A DNA stretch of 64,000 nt, taken from the NCBI GenBank assembly GCA_964617805.1, contig CAZTWK010000001.1, forward strand, positions 95,050 through 159,049. Reading direction: 5' to 3'. Within the stretch, counting starts at the first letter, position 1. Every line of letters begins with the position of its first letter. Positions 1 to 10,437 of this stretch are shown one piece after another. The stretch comes from an uncultured Fibrobacteraceae bacterium (lineage in GTDB: Bacteria > Krumholzibacteriota > Krumholzibacteriia > LZORAL124-64-63). The notes beneath the pieces were generated by a model. It was not told where the DNA came from. It did not search any database and was given only the letters and a program-made list of their open reading frames with translations. Made by a program: the position numbers and the translations under genes.

Positions 1-1408
<1,408 letters not shown>

Positions 1409-1452
1409 GTCACGCTCCTTGGGATCCGTTCTCGTTTGCAGGTCTTGTTCGT

Positions 1453-2208
1453 TCACCGTTCCCCCAATCCGGCTTCGCGGGCGAGGGCCCGCGACTCATC
1501 GGGCTCGAGCTCCCGGAAGGCGCCCGCCGGCAGGTCGCCCAGCGTCACGCTTCCCACGGCGCTGCGGTGCAGCTTCACGACATCCACGCCGACGGCCCTG
1601 AACATGCGCCGCACCTGGCGGTTGCGACCCTCCTGCAGGGCGAGACGCCAGCGGCGGCCGCCGCCGTCCAGCGACGACAGGCGCGCCGGCCGGCAGGACC
1701 GCCCGTCCAGGACGAGATCGCCGTCGCACAGGCGCGGCTTGGCGTCCACGGGCAGGGGGGCCGTCAGGCCCACCTCGTAGGTCTTCCACACCCCGCTGCG
1801 GGGTCGGCAGAGTGCCTGGTGCAGGTCCCCGTCGTCGGTCCAAAGGAGCAGTCCGCTGGTGTCCGCGTCAAGGCGTCCGACCGGCACCACGCCGGGGGGC
1901 AGGTCCTGCCGTCCGGCGTAGAGGTCGAGGCAAGGCGTGCGTCCCTGCGGGCGCAGCGAGGAGATCACGCCGACGGGCTTGTGGAAGGCGAAGGTGCGCC
2001 AGCGCTCGGGCCAGGCCACCTCCCGGCCGTCCACCGTGACCGTGTCGGCCTCGGGATCCACCCGCCTTCCCAGCTCGCTCGACGTCTCCCCGTTCACGGC
2101 GACGCGGCCGTCGCGGATCAGGGCCTCCACGGCCCGCCGCGAGCCGAGGCCGGCCCGCGCGAGGAAGCGGTTCAGGCGGATCCGCTCGGGCTCAGACCGC
2201 CGATTCAT
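1453..2208 (-). CDS. 16S/23S rRNA pseudouridine synthase, RsuA/RluB family (S4 domain + catalytic GRLDxxTSGLLL)
   Basis: N-terminal S4 domain RLNRFLARAGLGSRRAVEALIRDGRVAVNG; catalytic motif GRLDADTSGLLLWTDDG. Confidence 0.85.
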   Translation of the reverse strand: MNRRSEPERIRLNRFLARAGLGSRRAVEALIRDGRVAVNGETSSELGRRVDPEADTVTVDGREVAWPERWRTFAFHKPVGVISSLRPQGRTPCLDLYAGRQDLPPGVVPVGRLDADTSGLLLWTDDGDLHQALCRPRSGVWKTYEVGLTAPLPVDAKPRLCDGDLVLDGRSCRPARLSSLDGGGRRWRLALQEGRNRQVRRMFRAVGVDVVKLHRSAVGSVTLGDLPAGAFRELEPDESRALAREAGLGER

Positions 2209-2911
2209 CCGGCTGCCCCTCGGCGTCGGCCGACGGCGTCTCCCCGGTCGCGTCCGGAGCGGGCTCTGCCGGGTCGTCGGCGGCCTCCTCGGGACGCACC
2301 ATCATGATCTCGTCGCCCTGGACCGACACCGTCTCGAAGTCGTCGTCCGAGACGTCCTCCCCCAGCTGGGCGGCGAAGGACTTGATGGCCTCGCGGTCGG
2401 TGATGATGCCTTCCAGCTCGGGCAGCGACGGCAGCTGGTGCAGCCCCTTCAGGCCCATGTAGTTCAGGAACTCCCGCGTGGTGCCGTAGAGGATGGGATT
2501 GCCGACGGCCTCGCTGCGGCCGGCGACGGTGATCAGGCTGCGCTCGGTCAGCGTGGCGAGCACGCCGCTCACCTGCACGCCCCGGATCTCCTCGATCTCG
2601 ATACGCGTCACCGGCTGGCGGTAGGAGATGATGGCCAGCACCTCCAGGGCGGCCTGGGACAGGCGCACGTAGCGCCGTCCCCGGTACAGCTTCTGGATCA
2701 GGGGCGCGTATTCCGGCCGCGAGGCGAGTTGCCAGCCGCCGCCGAACTCGACGATGGTGAAGGCGCGGTTCTGGGCTTCGTACTCCGCGTTGAGCTCGTC
2801 GACGGCGGCGCGCAGCGCCTTGGTGTCCTCGGCGCCGACGATGGCCTTCAGGCGGGCCGGCGTGAGCGGCGCGTCGGTGGCGAAGAGCAGCGCCTCCAGG
2901 TCCTGCTTCAC
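2192..2911 (-). CDS. scpB: segregation and condensation protein B
   Basis: ScpB homology across ~240 aa (winged-helix repeats, acidic C-terminal tail). Start re-called to GTG 2911, overlapping the scpA stop TGA (GTGA). The track ORF's 380-aa Arg-rich upstream extension overlaps scpA and is rejected. Confidence 0.8.
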   Translation of the reverse strand: MKQDLEALLFATDAPLTPARLKAIVGAEDTKALRAAVDELNAEYEAQNRAFTIVEFGGGWQLASRPEYAPLIQKLYRGRRYVRLSQAALEVLAIISYRQPVTRIEIEEIRGVQVSGVLATLTERSLITVAGRSEAVGNPILYGTTREFLNYMGLKGLHQLPSLPELEGIITDREAIKSFAAQLGEDVSDDDFETVSVQGDEIMMVRPEEAADDPAEPAPDATGETPSADAEGQPDESAV

Positions 2912-3759
2912 GATTCCAGTCCTCCCCCGGCCGCCGCCGCGGCCCGCTTGCCGGGCCCGCGGACCCAGATGGGGCCGTTGATCTCCGTCTGGCTGAGATT
3001 GATCAGGCCGCGCTTGGCCATCTCGAGGATGGCCATGAAGGTGACGACGACCTCCATCTTGATGTGGTCGTCCTTGAAGAGCTCGTCGAAGCGCACCGTC
3101 TTGCCCGCGAGCAGGAGCTCCTTGATGAGCTTGACCTTCTCGTCGACGGTGTAGACGTCGCGCGTGACCGCGTGCACCGCCTCCTTGGTGACGCGGTCGA
3201 AGACCTGGGACAGGGCGAGCAGCAGCTCGTACATGTTCAGGCGCAGCGAGGGCGGCTCGGCGCTCTCCTTGAGGAAGGGATAGCGCTGATCGCGCACGTG
3301 GAGCCGGCTGCGCTCCTTCTCGCGGGACTGGAGCTGGGCGGCCATCTCCTTGTAGCGCTTGTACTCGAGCAGGCGGCGCACCAGCTCGGCGCGCGGGTCG
3401 TCCTCGTCGTAGGCCTCGTCGTCGGGCTGGGCCGGCAGCAGCAGGCGCGACTTGATGCGCAGCAGCGTGGCGGCCATGACGATGAAGTCGCCGGCGGTGT
3501 CGAGCGAGAGGGCGTTGATGACCTCCAGGTACCCCAGGTACTGCTCGGTGATGTCGGCGATGGGGATGTCGTAGATGTCGATCTCGTTCTTCTGGATCAG
3601 GAACAGCAACAGGTCGAGGGGCCCCTGGAAGTCGGGCAGGGCCACGTCGTAGGCCTCGCTGGTCTGGAAGTAGGACAGCTCGGGCGGCAGCTCCCAGGAG
3701 ATGACGCGGTCGCCGTTCTCCCCGTCGTGGGGGGTGATGTCCGTATGGGTGTCGTTCAC
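2908..3759 (-). CDS. scpA: segregation and condensation protein A (kleisin)
   Basis: 283-aa ScpA-like sequence (LLRIKSRLLLP etc.) immediately upstream of and translationally coupled to scpB. Confidence 0.85.
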   Translation of the reverse strand: MNDTHTDITPHDGENGDRVISWELPPELSYFQTSEAYDVALPDFQGPLDLLLFLIQKNEIDIYDIPIADITEQYLGYLEVINALSLDTAGDFIVMAATLLRIKSRLLLPAQPDDEAYDEDDPRAELVRRLLEYKRYKEMAAQLQSREKERSRLHVRDQRYPFLKESAEPPSLRLNMYELLLALSQVFDRVTKEAVHAVTRDVYTVDEKVKLIKELLLAGKTVRFDELFKDDHIKMEVVVTFMAILEMAKRGLINLSQTEINGPIWVRGPGKRAAAAAGGGLES

Positions 3760-3771
3760 TGGGTCTCCTCG

Positions 3772-4755
3772 TCAACCGACCTGCATGACGTCGTGGATGC
3801 GGTCCATGGTGTCGCGGGCCTTGGCCCGGGCGCGGGCGCAGCCCTCGGCCACGATCTCGTCGACCCGCGCGCCGTCGTCGGCGTACTCGGCGCGGCGCTC
3901 GCGCAGGGGCTCGAAATGGGCGATGGCGCCCTCGGCCAGCTTCAGCTTGCAGTCCACGCAGCCGCGCTCGGCCGAGCGGCACTCGCGGGCCGTCTCCTCG
4001 GCCTCCCCGGGCATGAACTTCTGGAAGTAGGTGTAGATGGCGCACACGTCCGGGTTGCCCGGATCGCTGCGGCGCAGGCGCTGGGGATCGGTGAAGGCCG
4101 TCTTGAGGGTGGCGCGGATCTCCTCGGGCGAGGCGGCCAGCTCCAGGGTGTTGCCCAGGGACTTGCTCATGCGCTTGCCGTCGGTGCCGGGAAAGCGGCC
4201 GAACTTGGTGACCAGCGCCTCGGGCTCGGGGAAGAAGGCGCCGAAGTGGTGGTTGAAGCGGCGCGCGATCTCGCGCGTCAGTTCCAGGTGCGGCAACTGG
4301 TCCTCGCCCACCGGCACGGCGTCGGCCCGGTAGGCCAGGATGTCGGCGGCCTGCAGCACCGGGTAGCCCAGGTGGCCGAAGCTGATCTCCCCGCCCAGGT
4401 TCAGGTCGCGCACCTGCTCCTTGAAGGTGGGGTTGCGCTCCAGGCGGCCCAGGGAGATGAGCATGCAGAAGAGCAGGTAGAGCTCGGCGTGTTCCTTGAT
4501 CTCGGACTGGACGAAGATCACCGAGCGGTCGGGATCAAGGCCGGCGCCCAGCCAGTCGAGGACCATCTCGCGGGTGTTGGTGCGGATCTCCCCCGCCTTG
4601 TCCAGGGCGGTGGTCAGCACGTGCCAGTCGGCGACCATGAAGTAGCAGTCGTAGTCGTCCTGGAGCCGGATCCAGTTCTCGAGCGCTCCGGTGTAGTTGC
4701 CCCAGTGCAGGCGACCGGTGGGACGGTTGCCGCTGAGGATGATCTTCTTGGCCAA
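3772..4755 (-). CDS. trpS: tryptophan--tRNA ligase
   Basis: HIGH-region TGRLHWGNY and KMSKS (KRMSKS) motifs. Start re-called to TTG 4755 (MAKKIILSGNRPTG) with AAGGA 7 nt upstream. A sigma-70-like promoter TTGACA-17-TAACGT lies at 4848..4820, inside the over-extended track ORF (to 4848). Confidence 0.85.
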   Translation of the reverse strand: MAKKIILSGNRPTGRLHWGNYTGALENWIRLQDDYDCYFMVADWHVLTTALDKAGEIRTNTREMVLDWLGAGLDPDRSVIFVQSEIKEHAELYLLFCMLISLGRLERNPTFKEQVRDLNLGGEISFGHLGYPVLQAADILAYRADAVPVGEDQLPHLELTREIARRFNHHFGAFFPEPEALVTKFGRFPGTDGKRMSKSLGNTLELAASPEEIRATLKTAFTDPQRLRRSDPGNPDVCAIYTYFQKFMPGEAEETARECRSAERGCVDCKLKLAEGAIAHFEPLRERRAEYADDGARVDEIVAEGCARARAKARDTMDRIHDVMQVG

Positions 4756-4819
4756 GTGACGGTCCTTTGCGTGTCGTGAGAGGCCACGGGGCGACCTCGG
4801 GCCTGCGAGCCGATCGCCA

Positions 4820-4848
4820 ACGTTACCACCGGGCTGCGGTTCTGTCAA
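4820..4848 (-). promoter_or_regulatory. putative sigma-70-type promoter of trpS (TTGACA-17 nt-TAACGT)
   Basis: Minus-strand sequence TTTGACAGAACCGCAGCCCGGTGGTAACGTTGG directly after the xerD stop. Perfect -35 hexamer, 17-nt spacer, TAnnnT -10. Confidence 0.5.
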
Positions 4849-4851
4849 AGC

Positions 4852-5757
4852 TCAGCGGCGGCGGGCCCGCGGATGGGCGTTGCGGTAGGCCTCGGCCAGG
4901 AAAGCGCGGTCCACGTGGGTGTAGATCTCCGTGGTGCTGATGGCCGCGTGCCCCAGCAGTTCCTGCACCACGCGCAGGTCGGCGCCGCCCTCCAGCAGAT
5001 GCGTGGCGTAGGTGTGGCGCAACGTGTGGGGCGTCACCTCCGACGAGACGCCGGCGGTCCCGGCGGCCTTCTTGACCAGCGACCAGACCGAGACGCGCGA
5101 GAGCCGCCCGCCCCGGTTGTTGACGAAGAGGGCCGGGCAGCTGCGCTTCCCCAGCAGGGCGGGGCGACCCGCCGCCAGGTAGGCCCTGAGGGACTTCAGG
5201 GCCGGCGTGCCCACGGGCACGATGCGTTCCTTGTCGCCCTTGCCGCGCACCCGCAGGGCGGCGTCGCGGGGATCGAGGTCCGGGGGGTCGATGCCGCAGA
5301 GCTCGCTCACGCGGAGCCCGCAGCCGTAGAGGGTCTCCAGGATGGCCCGGTCACGCTCCCCCGCGGGGGTGGTCGCGTCGGGGGCCGCCAGCAGCCGCTC
5401 CACCTGGGCGCCGGAAAGCACCACCGGCAGCTTGCGACCGACCCGGGGCGAGAGCAGGGTCAGGGTCGGGTCCCGTTCGGCGAGGCCCTCCGTCGCCAGG
5501 AAGCGGTGAAAGGAGCGCAGCGTGGACATCAGCCGCGCCCGCGAGCGGGGGCCCAGGCGTTCGGCGCTGTCCAGCAGGTAGGCCCGCAGGGCCTGGGGGC
5601 CCGCGGTGCCGGGATCCGGCACGTCGTGGGCCTCGGCCCAGGCCCGCCAGCCGTGGACGTCCCGGGCGTAGGCCTCCAGGGAGTTGTCGGCAAGCCCCCT
5701 TTCGGCGGCGGCGTGGGACAGGAAGGCGGAGATGGCCGCGTCCCAGCGATCGCTCAC
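4852..5757 (-). CDS. xerD: tyrosine site-specific recombinase XerD-like
   Basis: C-terminal catalytic region HTLRHTYATHLLEGGADLRVVQELLGHAAISTTEIYTHV (R..HxxR..Y). Start re-called to GTG 5757 overlapping the uvrC stop (GTGA). Upstream Arg-rich track extension rejected. Confidence 0.8.
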   Translation of the reverse strand: MSDRWDAAISAFLSHAAAERGLADNSLEAYARDVHGWRAWAEAHDVPDPGTAGPQALRAYLLDSAERLGPRSRARLMSTLRSFHRFLATEGLAERDPTLTLLSPRVGRKLPVVLSGAQVERLLAAPDATTPAGERDRAILETLYGCGLRVSELCGIDPPDLDPRDAALRVRGKGDKERIVPVGTPALKSLRAYLAAGRPALLGKRSCPALFVNNRGGRLSRVSVWSLVKKAAGTAGVSSEVTPHTLRHTYATHLLEGGADLRVVQELLGHAAISTTEIYTHVDRAFLAEAYRNAHPRARRR

Positions 5758-7616
5758 GGCGCCGCCTCCCCCTCCGCCGCGAAGAAGGCGACGATGCGCT
5801 CCACGTCCCCGGCGTGGATGCCGCGCACGGCGGCGAGCTCCTCGGCCGTGGCGCGGCGGATGTGGTCGATGGAATCGAAGTGGTGGAGCAGCGAGAGCTT
5901 CTTGACCCGCCCGATGCCCGCGATGCGGTCCAGGACGGAATCGTCGACGCCCTTGGACCGCAGCAGCCGGTGATAGGTGATGGCGAAGCGGTGCGCCTCG
6001 TCGCGCACGCGCTGTAGCAGCTGCAGGGCGGGACTGCTGCGGGGCAGCTTGACCGGGGGCAGCCCGCGCTCGCGGTGGACGATCTCCTCGCGCTTGGCCA
6101 GTCCCACCAGGTCCACCTCGTGCAGGCCGAGGGCGGCCAGGGCCTCGCGTCCGGCGGCGAGCTGCCCGGCGCCGCCATCGACCACGACCAGGTCGGCCGG
6201 CGCCAGTTCCTTGTCCAGCAGGCGCCGGTAGTAGCGCGTCAGCACTTCGCGCATGGAGGCGTAGTCGTCGGTGCCCACGACGCTGCGGATCCGGAAGCGC
6301 CGGTAGCGCGACTTGAGCGGCTGCCCCCCCTTGAAGTAGACCAGGGAGGCCACCGTCTCCCGTCCCTGCAGGGTGGAGATATCGAAGCATTCGACCGTCT
6401 CGGGGACGCGGCGCAGGTCGAGGGCGTCCTGCAGGGCCAGGGCGCGACCGGGGGCCACCCGCCGCACCCGCGTGCTGTCGCGCAGCCGCCGCTCGTTGAG
6501 CTTGTAGGCCGCGTTGGACAGGGCCATGTCCACGGCCTCGCGGCGCGGCCCCCGCCGGGGCCGGACGACGGACACGCGCCCCCCACGCAGGTCGCCCAGG
6601 CGCTCGCACCACTGGTCGCGGTCGGGCAGGTCGTGGGACACCAGCACCACCGGCGGCAGGTCGCCGGCGCGGGAAAAGTACTCGCGGCAGAGCTGGGCCA
6701 GGAAGGCCGGGGTTTCGCTCTCGAGGCGATCCTCCAGCAGGAAATGGTGGGTGGTCATGATCTTGCCGCCGCGGACCCGCAGCACCACGCCGCAGGCCAT
6801 GGCGCCGTCGCGCACGACGCCGCAGGCGTCCAGGTCCCCCTTCAAACCCGAGACCCGGTCCACGCCGGCCAGGGCGGTCTCCAACAGGGCGAGGCGGTCG
6901 CGTACCCGGGCGGCGTCCTCGTAGCGCTGCGCGGCGGAGAGCCCGGTCATCTCCTCGCGCAGGTCGTCCAGCAGGCCCGACTCGCTCCCTGCCAGGAAGC
7001 GGGTCAGGGCCCGCACGCGGCGCGCGTAGACGGCCTGGGTGTCGAAGTCGACGCAGGGGGCGCTGCAGCGGCCGATCTCCCAGTCCAGGCAGGGACGCGG
7101 CACGGTCTGCTCGGGCAGGTCCAGGTGGCAGGTACGCACCCGGAAGACGCGCAGGGCGTGCTTGAGGGTCTCGCGCATGGCCCGCACGATGGTGTAGGGG
7201 CCGAAGTAGCGGGCGCCGTCGTCGGCCACCCGGCGCACCACCTCCACCCGGGGATAGGGCTCCTGCAGGGTGATCCGCAGGTAGGGATAGCGCTTGTCGT
7301 CCTTGAGCCGGATGTTGTAGCGGGGCCGGTACTCCTTGATCAGCTGGTCCTCCAGGACCAGGGCCTCCGCCTCGCTCGCGGTGGCGATGTAGTCCACGTC
7401 GGCGATGCGGCGCACGAGCTGCCCGGTCTTGGGGTCGTGCTCCTCCGGACGCTGGAAATAGGAGGCCACGCGCTGGTGCAGGCGGGCCGCCTTGCCCACG
7501 TAGATCACCTTGCCCTGCTTGTCCTTGTGGAGGTAGACGCCGGGCGCATCGGGCAGCAGGCGCAGCTTGCGGGCCAGCCCGGGAGGGTCCTTTTTCTGGC
7601 CGCGCCGACTTGACAT
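5754..7616 (-). CDS. uvrC: excinuclease ABC subunit C
   Basis: N-terminal GIY-YIG domain (PGVYLHKDKQGKVIYVGKAARLHQRVASYF); 620 aa; C-terminal RNaseH-like/HhH region. Confidence 0.9.
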   Translation of the reverse strand: MSSRRGQKKDPPGLARKLRLLPDAPGVYLHKDKQGKVIYVGKAARLHQRVASYFQRPEEHDPKTGQLVRRIADVDYIATASEAEALVLEDQLIKEYRPRYNIRLKDDKRYPYLRITLQEPYPRVEVVRRVADDGARYFGPYTIVRAMRETLKHALRVFRVRTCHLDLPEQTVPRPCLDWEIGRCSAPCVDFDTQAVYARRVRALTRFLAGSESGLLDDLREEMTGLSAAQRYEDAARVRDRLALLETALAGVDRVSGLKGDLDACGVVRDGAMACGVVLRVRGGKIMTTHHFLLEDRLESETPAFLAQLCREYFSRAGDLPPVVLVSHDLPDRDQWCERLGDLRGGRVSVVRPRRGPRREAVDMALSNAAYKLNERRLRDSTRVRRVAPGRALALQDALDLRRVPETVECFDISTLQGRETVASLVYFKGGQPLKSRYRRFRIRSVVGTDDYASMREVLTRYYRRLLDKELAPADLVVVDGGAGQLAAGREALAALGLHEVDLVGLAKREEIVHRERGLPPVKLPRSSPALQLLQRVRDEAHRFAITYHRLLRSKGVDDSVLDRIAGIGRVKKLSLLHHFDSIDHIRRATAEELAAVRGIHAGDVERIVAFFAAEGEAAP

Positions 7617-7667
7617 CCCGCTGTACCCCTGCTAGTTTGCCTCGGTTGCACTGAAGGAGGTCACGAC

Positions 7668-7916
7668 GTGCCGCATCACAAGAGTTGCAAGAAGCGTATG
7701 AAGACCAGCGCGCTGCGTCGCCTGGCCAACCGGGACAACCGGACCGAGATGCGTTCCGCCATCAAGCGGTTCAAGGCGCTCTCCGGAGACGAGAAGACGC
7801 CCGAGGCCCTGAACGGCGTCTACAGCATGCTCGACACCCAGGCGCGCAAGGGAGTCATCCCCAAGTCGCGCGCGTCGCGCCTCAAGGCGCGCATGGCCGC
7901 GCTCTACGCCAAGTAG
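7668..7916 (+). CDS. rpsT: 30S ribosomal protein S20
   Basis: 82-aa basic protein; ...RKGVIPKSRASRLKARMAALYAK matches the S20 C-terminus. GTG start with GGAGG 7 nt upstream. Confidence 0.85.
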   Translation: MPHHKSCKKRMKTSALRRLANRDNRTEMRSAIKRFKALSGDEKTPEALNGVYSMLDTQARKGVIPKSRASRLKARMAALYAK

Positions 7917-7941
7917 ATCCGCGCCGAGCCGATCGATTCGA

Positions 7942-7970
7942 GGGCCGCCCCCTGGGCGGCCCTTTTCTTC
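7942..7970 (+). terminator. Rho-independent terminator of rpsT
   Basis: GGGCCGCCC-cct-GGGCGGCCC perfect 9-bp stem followed by TTTTCTTC, 26 nt after the rpsT stop. Confidence 0.7.
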
Positions 7971-7972
7971 GT

Positions 7973-8710
7973 TCAAGATCCGCCCCCCGACAGGATGTCC
8001 TCCAGCGCGTAGAGCCCGGGCGATCCCCGGTCGGCGAAGCGCACCGCCGGCACGAGGCCGCGCAGGAAGGCCTGCCGCGAATGGGCGCGGTGGGTCAGCA
8101 CCAGGGTCTCCTCGTCGTCGCTGAATACCCAGCTGTGCTCTCCCGTCACGCCGCCCACGCGTACGCTGTGGGTGGGCACCGGTCCGTCGCCGCGCCTGGC
8201 CTCCCAGGCCAGAGCCAGGCTGTGGGCGGTGCCGCTGGGCTTGTCGAGCTTGTGGCGGTGGTGGGTCTCCACCTGCTCGGGCATGAAGTCGCCGGGCAGC
8301 AGGGCGGCCAGCTGTTCCAGCAGCAGCTTCATGACCGGGATGCCGATGCTGAAGTTGCTGGCCAGCACCACCGGTCGCTCGGCGGCGTAGCGGCGCAGGC
8401 TCTCCATCTGGGCCTCGTCGTGACCGGTCGTGCCGATCACCAGCGGCGCATTCACGGCCGCGCCCGCCTCGAGCAGTCCCGGCAGGGCCGGCGCCAGGGA
8501 GAAGTCGACGATCACGCCGCCCGGCGGGTGGACCCCGGCCAGGCCGTCCTGGGGCGTCAGGGGCAAGCGCTCGTGGAAGTCGCCCGCGGGACGATCGCGT
8601 CCCACCTCGGTCACCAGGGCGCTCAACTGCAGGTCGTCGGTGTCCTCGATCAGGCTCGTGACCAGGCGGCCCATGCGGCCCTCGGCGCCGTGTACGGTGA
8701 CCTGTATCAT
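7973..8710 (-). CDS. dapB: 4-hydroxy-tetrahydrodipicolinate reductase
   Basis: N-terminal Rossmann motif VHGAEGRMGRLV; DapB family length (245 aa). Last gene of the argF-lipoprotein-dapF-dapA-dapB operon. Confidence 0.85.
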   Translation of the reverse strand: MIQVTVHGAEGRMGRLVTSLIEDTDDLQLSALVTEVGRDRPAGDFHERLPLTPQDGLAGVHPPGGVIVDFSLAPALPGLLEAGAAVNAPLVIGTTGHDEAQMESLRRYAAERPVVLASNFSIGIPVMKLLLEQLAALLPGDFMPEQVETHHRHKLDKPSGTAHSLALAWEARRGDGPVPTHSVRVGGVTGEHSWVFSDDEETLVLTHRAHSRQAFLRGLVPAVRFADRGSPGLYALEDILSGGGS

Positions 8711-8711
8711 C

Positions 8712-9617
8712 TCAAGCCTCCGCCTGCAGGAGTTCGGCCAGGGGACCCTCGTGGAAATCGCGCAGCCAGGCGCGCGACGCCTCGGTGGCGATCACCAGGG
8801 GCAGTCGCGGTTCGGGCCAGCACAGGCCCATCAGGCTGAGCAGTTCCTTGGCGGGGACCGGATTCGTCTCGTGAAAGCAGGCCTCGACGGCCGGGGCCAC
8901 CGCCGCGGCGATGTCCGCGGCCTGCGCCGCGTCGCCGGCGCTCCAGGCCTTCCACATCCCCACCAGCGTCTTCGGGAGCAGGTTGCTCAGAACCGAGATG
9001 GCGCCCTGGGCGCCGAGCTTGAAGATGTCCAGGTTGAGCCCGTCGTCGCCGGAGAAGACCTGCAGGCCCGAGGTGCGGCAGATGGCCTCGATCTGCCCGA
9101 GGTCGCCGCTGGCCTCCTTGACCGCGCACACGTTGGGGTGCCCGGCGATGCGAGCCACGGTCTCGGGCAGGATGTTGACGGCCGTGCGGCCGGGCACGTT
9201 GTAGATGACCAGCGGGATGTCCACGGCCTCGGCCACGGTGGTGTAGTGGGCCACCAGGCCGTGCTGCTGCGGCTTGTTGTAGTAGGGCGAGATGAGCATG
9301 GCCGCATCGATACCCCAGTCGACCGCCGTCCGCGTCAGCTCCAGGGTGCTGGCGGTGACGTTGGTGCCGGTGCCGGCGACGATGGCGCAGCGGTCCGCGG
9401 CCAGCTCGACGCACTTGCGCACCAGCCACTCCCGCTCCTCGAGGCTCAGGGCCGCGGCCTCCCCCGTGCAGCCCACGGGCACCAGGCCGGCCACGCCGGC
9501 CGCCACCTGCCGGTCGACCAGGCGTTCCCAGGCCGCGCGGTCCAGCTCGCCGTCGGCGAAGGGCGTGACGAGGGCCGTGTAGACGCCGGGCGGCAGGGTG
9601 TAGCGTGCATCAGTCAT
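8712..9617 (-). CDS. dapA: 4-hydroxy-tetrahydrodipicolinate synthase
   Basis: DapA motifs (GLVPVGCTGEAAALS, catalytic K region ...CAVKEASG); 301 aa. Confidence 0.85.
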   Translation of the reverse strand: MTDARYTLPPGVYTALVTPFADGELDRAAWERLVDRQVAAGVAGLVPVGCTGEAAALSLEEREWLVRKCVELAADRCAIVAGTGTNVTASTLELTRTAVDWGIDAAMLISPYYNKPQQHGLVAHYTTVAEAVDIPLVIYNVPGRTAVNILPETVARIAGHPNVCAVKEASGDLGQIEAICRTSGLQVFSGDDGLNLDIFKLGAQGAISVLSNLLPKTLVGMWKAWSAGDAAQAADIAAAVAPAVEACFHETNPVPAKELLSLMGLCWPEPRLPLVIATEASRAWLRDFHEGPLAELLQAEA

Positions 9618-10437
9618 GGGTCTCGACTTCCCCTCTGTAGACGTTGACGGCGGGACCGGTCAGGCGCAGGCGCGGCCCGTCGGAGCCAGATTCGATGTCG
9701 ATGGTCAACCTATCGCCCCCGCGTGTCAACAGGGCGACGGGCGAGGCGGCCAGGCCGAGCTCCACGAGCACCATGGCCACCGCCGAGGCGCCGGTGCCGC
9801 AGGCCAGGGTCTCGGCCTCCACGCCGCGCTCGTAGGTGCGGATGAGCCAGGCGTCGCCGTAGGCCTGTCGCGATGTCCAGTTGACGTTGGTGCCGGCCGG
9901 CGCGAAGGCCGGATCCTCGCGCAGGCGGCGGCCCCAGCGCGGGACCTGCACGGCCTCCACCTCGTCGACGGGGACGACCAGGTGCGGCACGCCCGTGTTG
10001 ACCGCGTGCAGCCGCGAGAAGGGGTGGTCGCCCTCGACGGCCACGTCCAGGGCCAGGTCGCGCGGCGGCGTGAGGTCCACCGCGACCAGCTCCCCCGCGA
10101 AGGCGCCGCCCACCGGGCCGGAAGCCGTGGCGCAGACGCCGCCCCCGTCGCCGACCAGGCCCAGGCCGCGGGCGAAGGCGAAAGCGCAGCGCGCGCCGTT
10201 GCCGCACATCTCGGCCTCGCCGCCGTCGCTGTTGTAGTAGGTCATGGTGAAATCCGATGCCGCGTGGGGGCCCACCACGATCAATCCGTCGGCGCCCGCG
10301 CCCAGGCGTCGGTCGCAGAGCCGGACCACCAGCGGCGCGCCCAGTTCGACGCCTGCGCGCTCCAGGTCGGCCCGGTCCAGCATCAGGAAGTCGTTGCCGG
10401 CGCCGTGCATCTTGGTGAACGGAAGGGTCCGGATCAT
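9610..10437 (-). CDS. dapF: diaminopimelate epimerase
   Basis: FTKMHGAGNDFLMLD N-terminal signature and second catalytic Cys region (ETLACGTGA). Confidence 0.85.
   Translation of the reverse strand: MIRTLPFTKMHGAGNDFLMLDRADLERAGVELGAPLVVRLCDRRLGAGADGLIVVGPHAASDFTMTYYNSDGGEAEMCGNGARCAFAFARGLGLVGDGGGVCATASGPVGGAFAGELVAVDLTPPRDLALDVAVEGDHPFSRLHAVNTGVPHLVVPVDEVEAVQVPRWGRRLREDPAFAPAGTNVNWTSRQAYGDAWLIRTYERGVEAETLACGTGASAVAMVLVELGLAASPVALLTRGGDRLTIDIESGSDGPRLRLTGPAVNVYRGEVETHD

Noticed and set aside
7942-7970. Bidirectional terminator also serving dapB
   Set aside because: On the minus strand the hairpin is followed by TCGAATCG, not a U-tract. Annotated only as the rpsT terminator.
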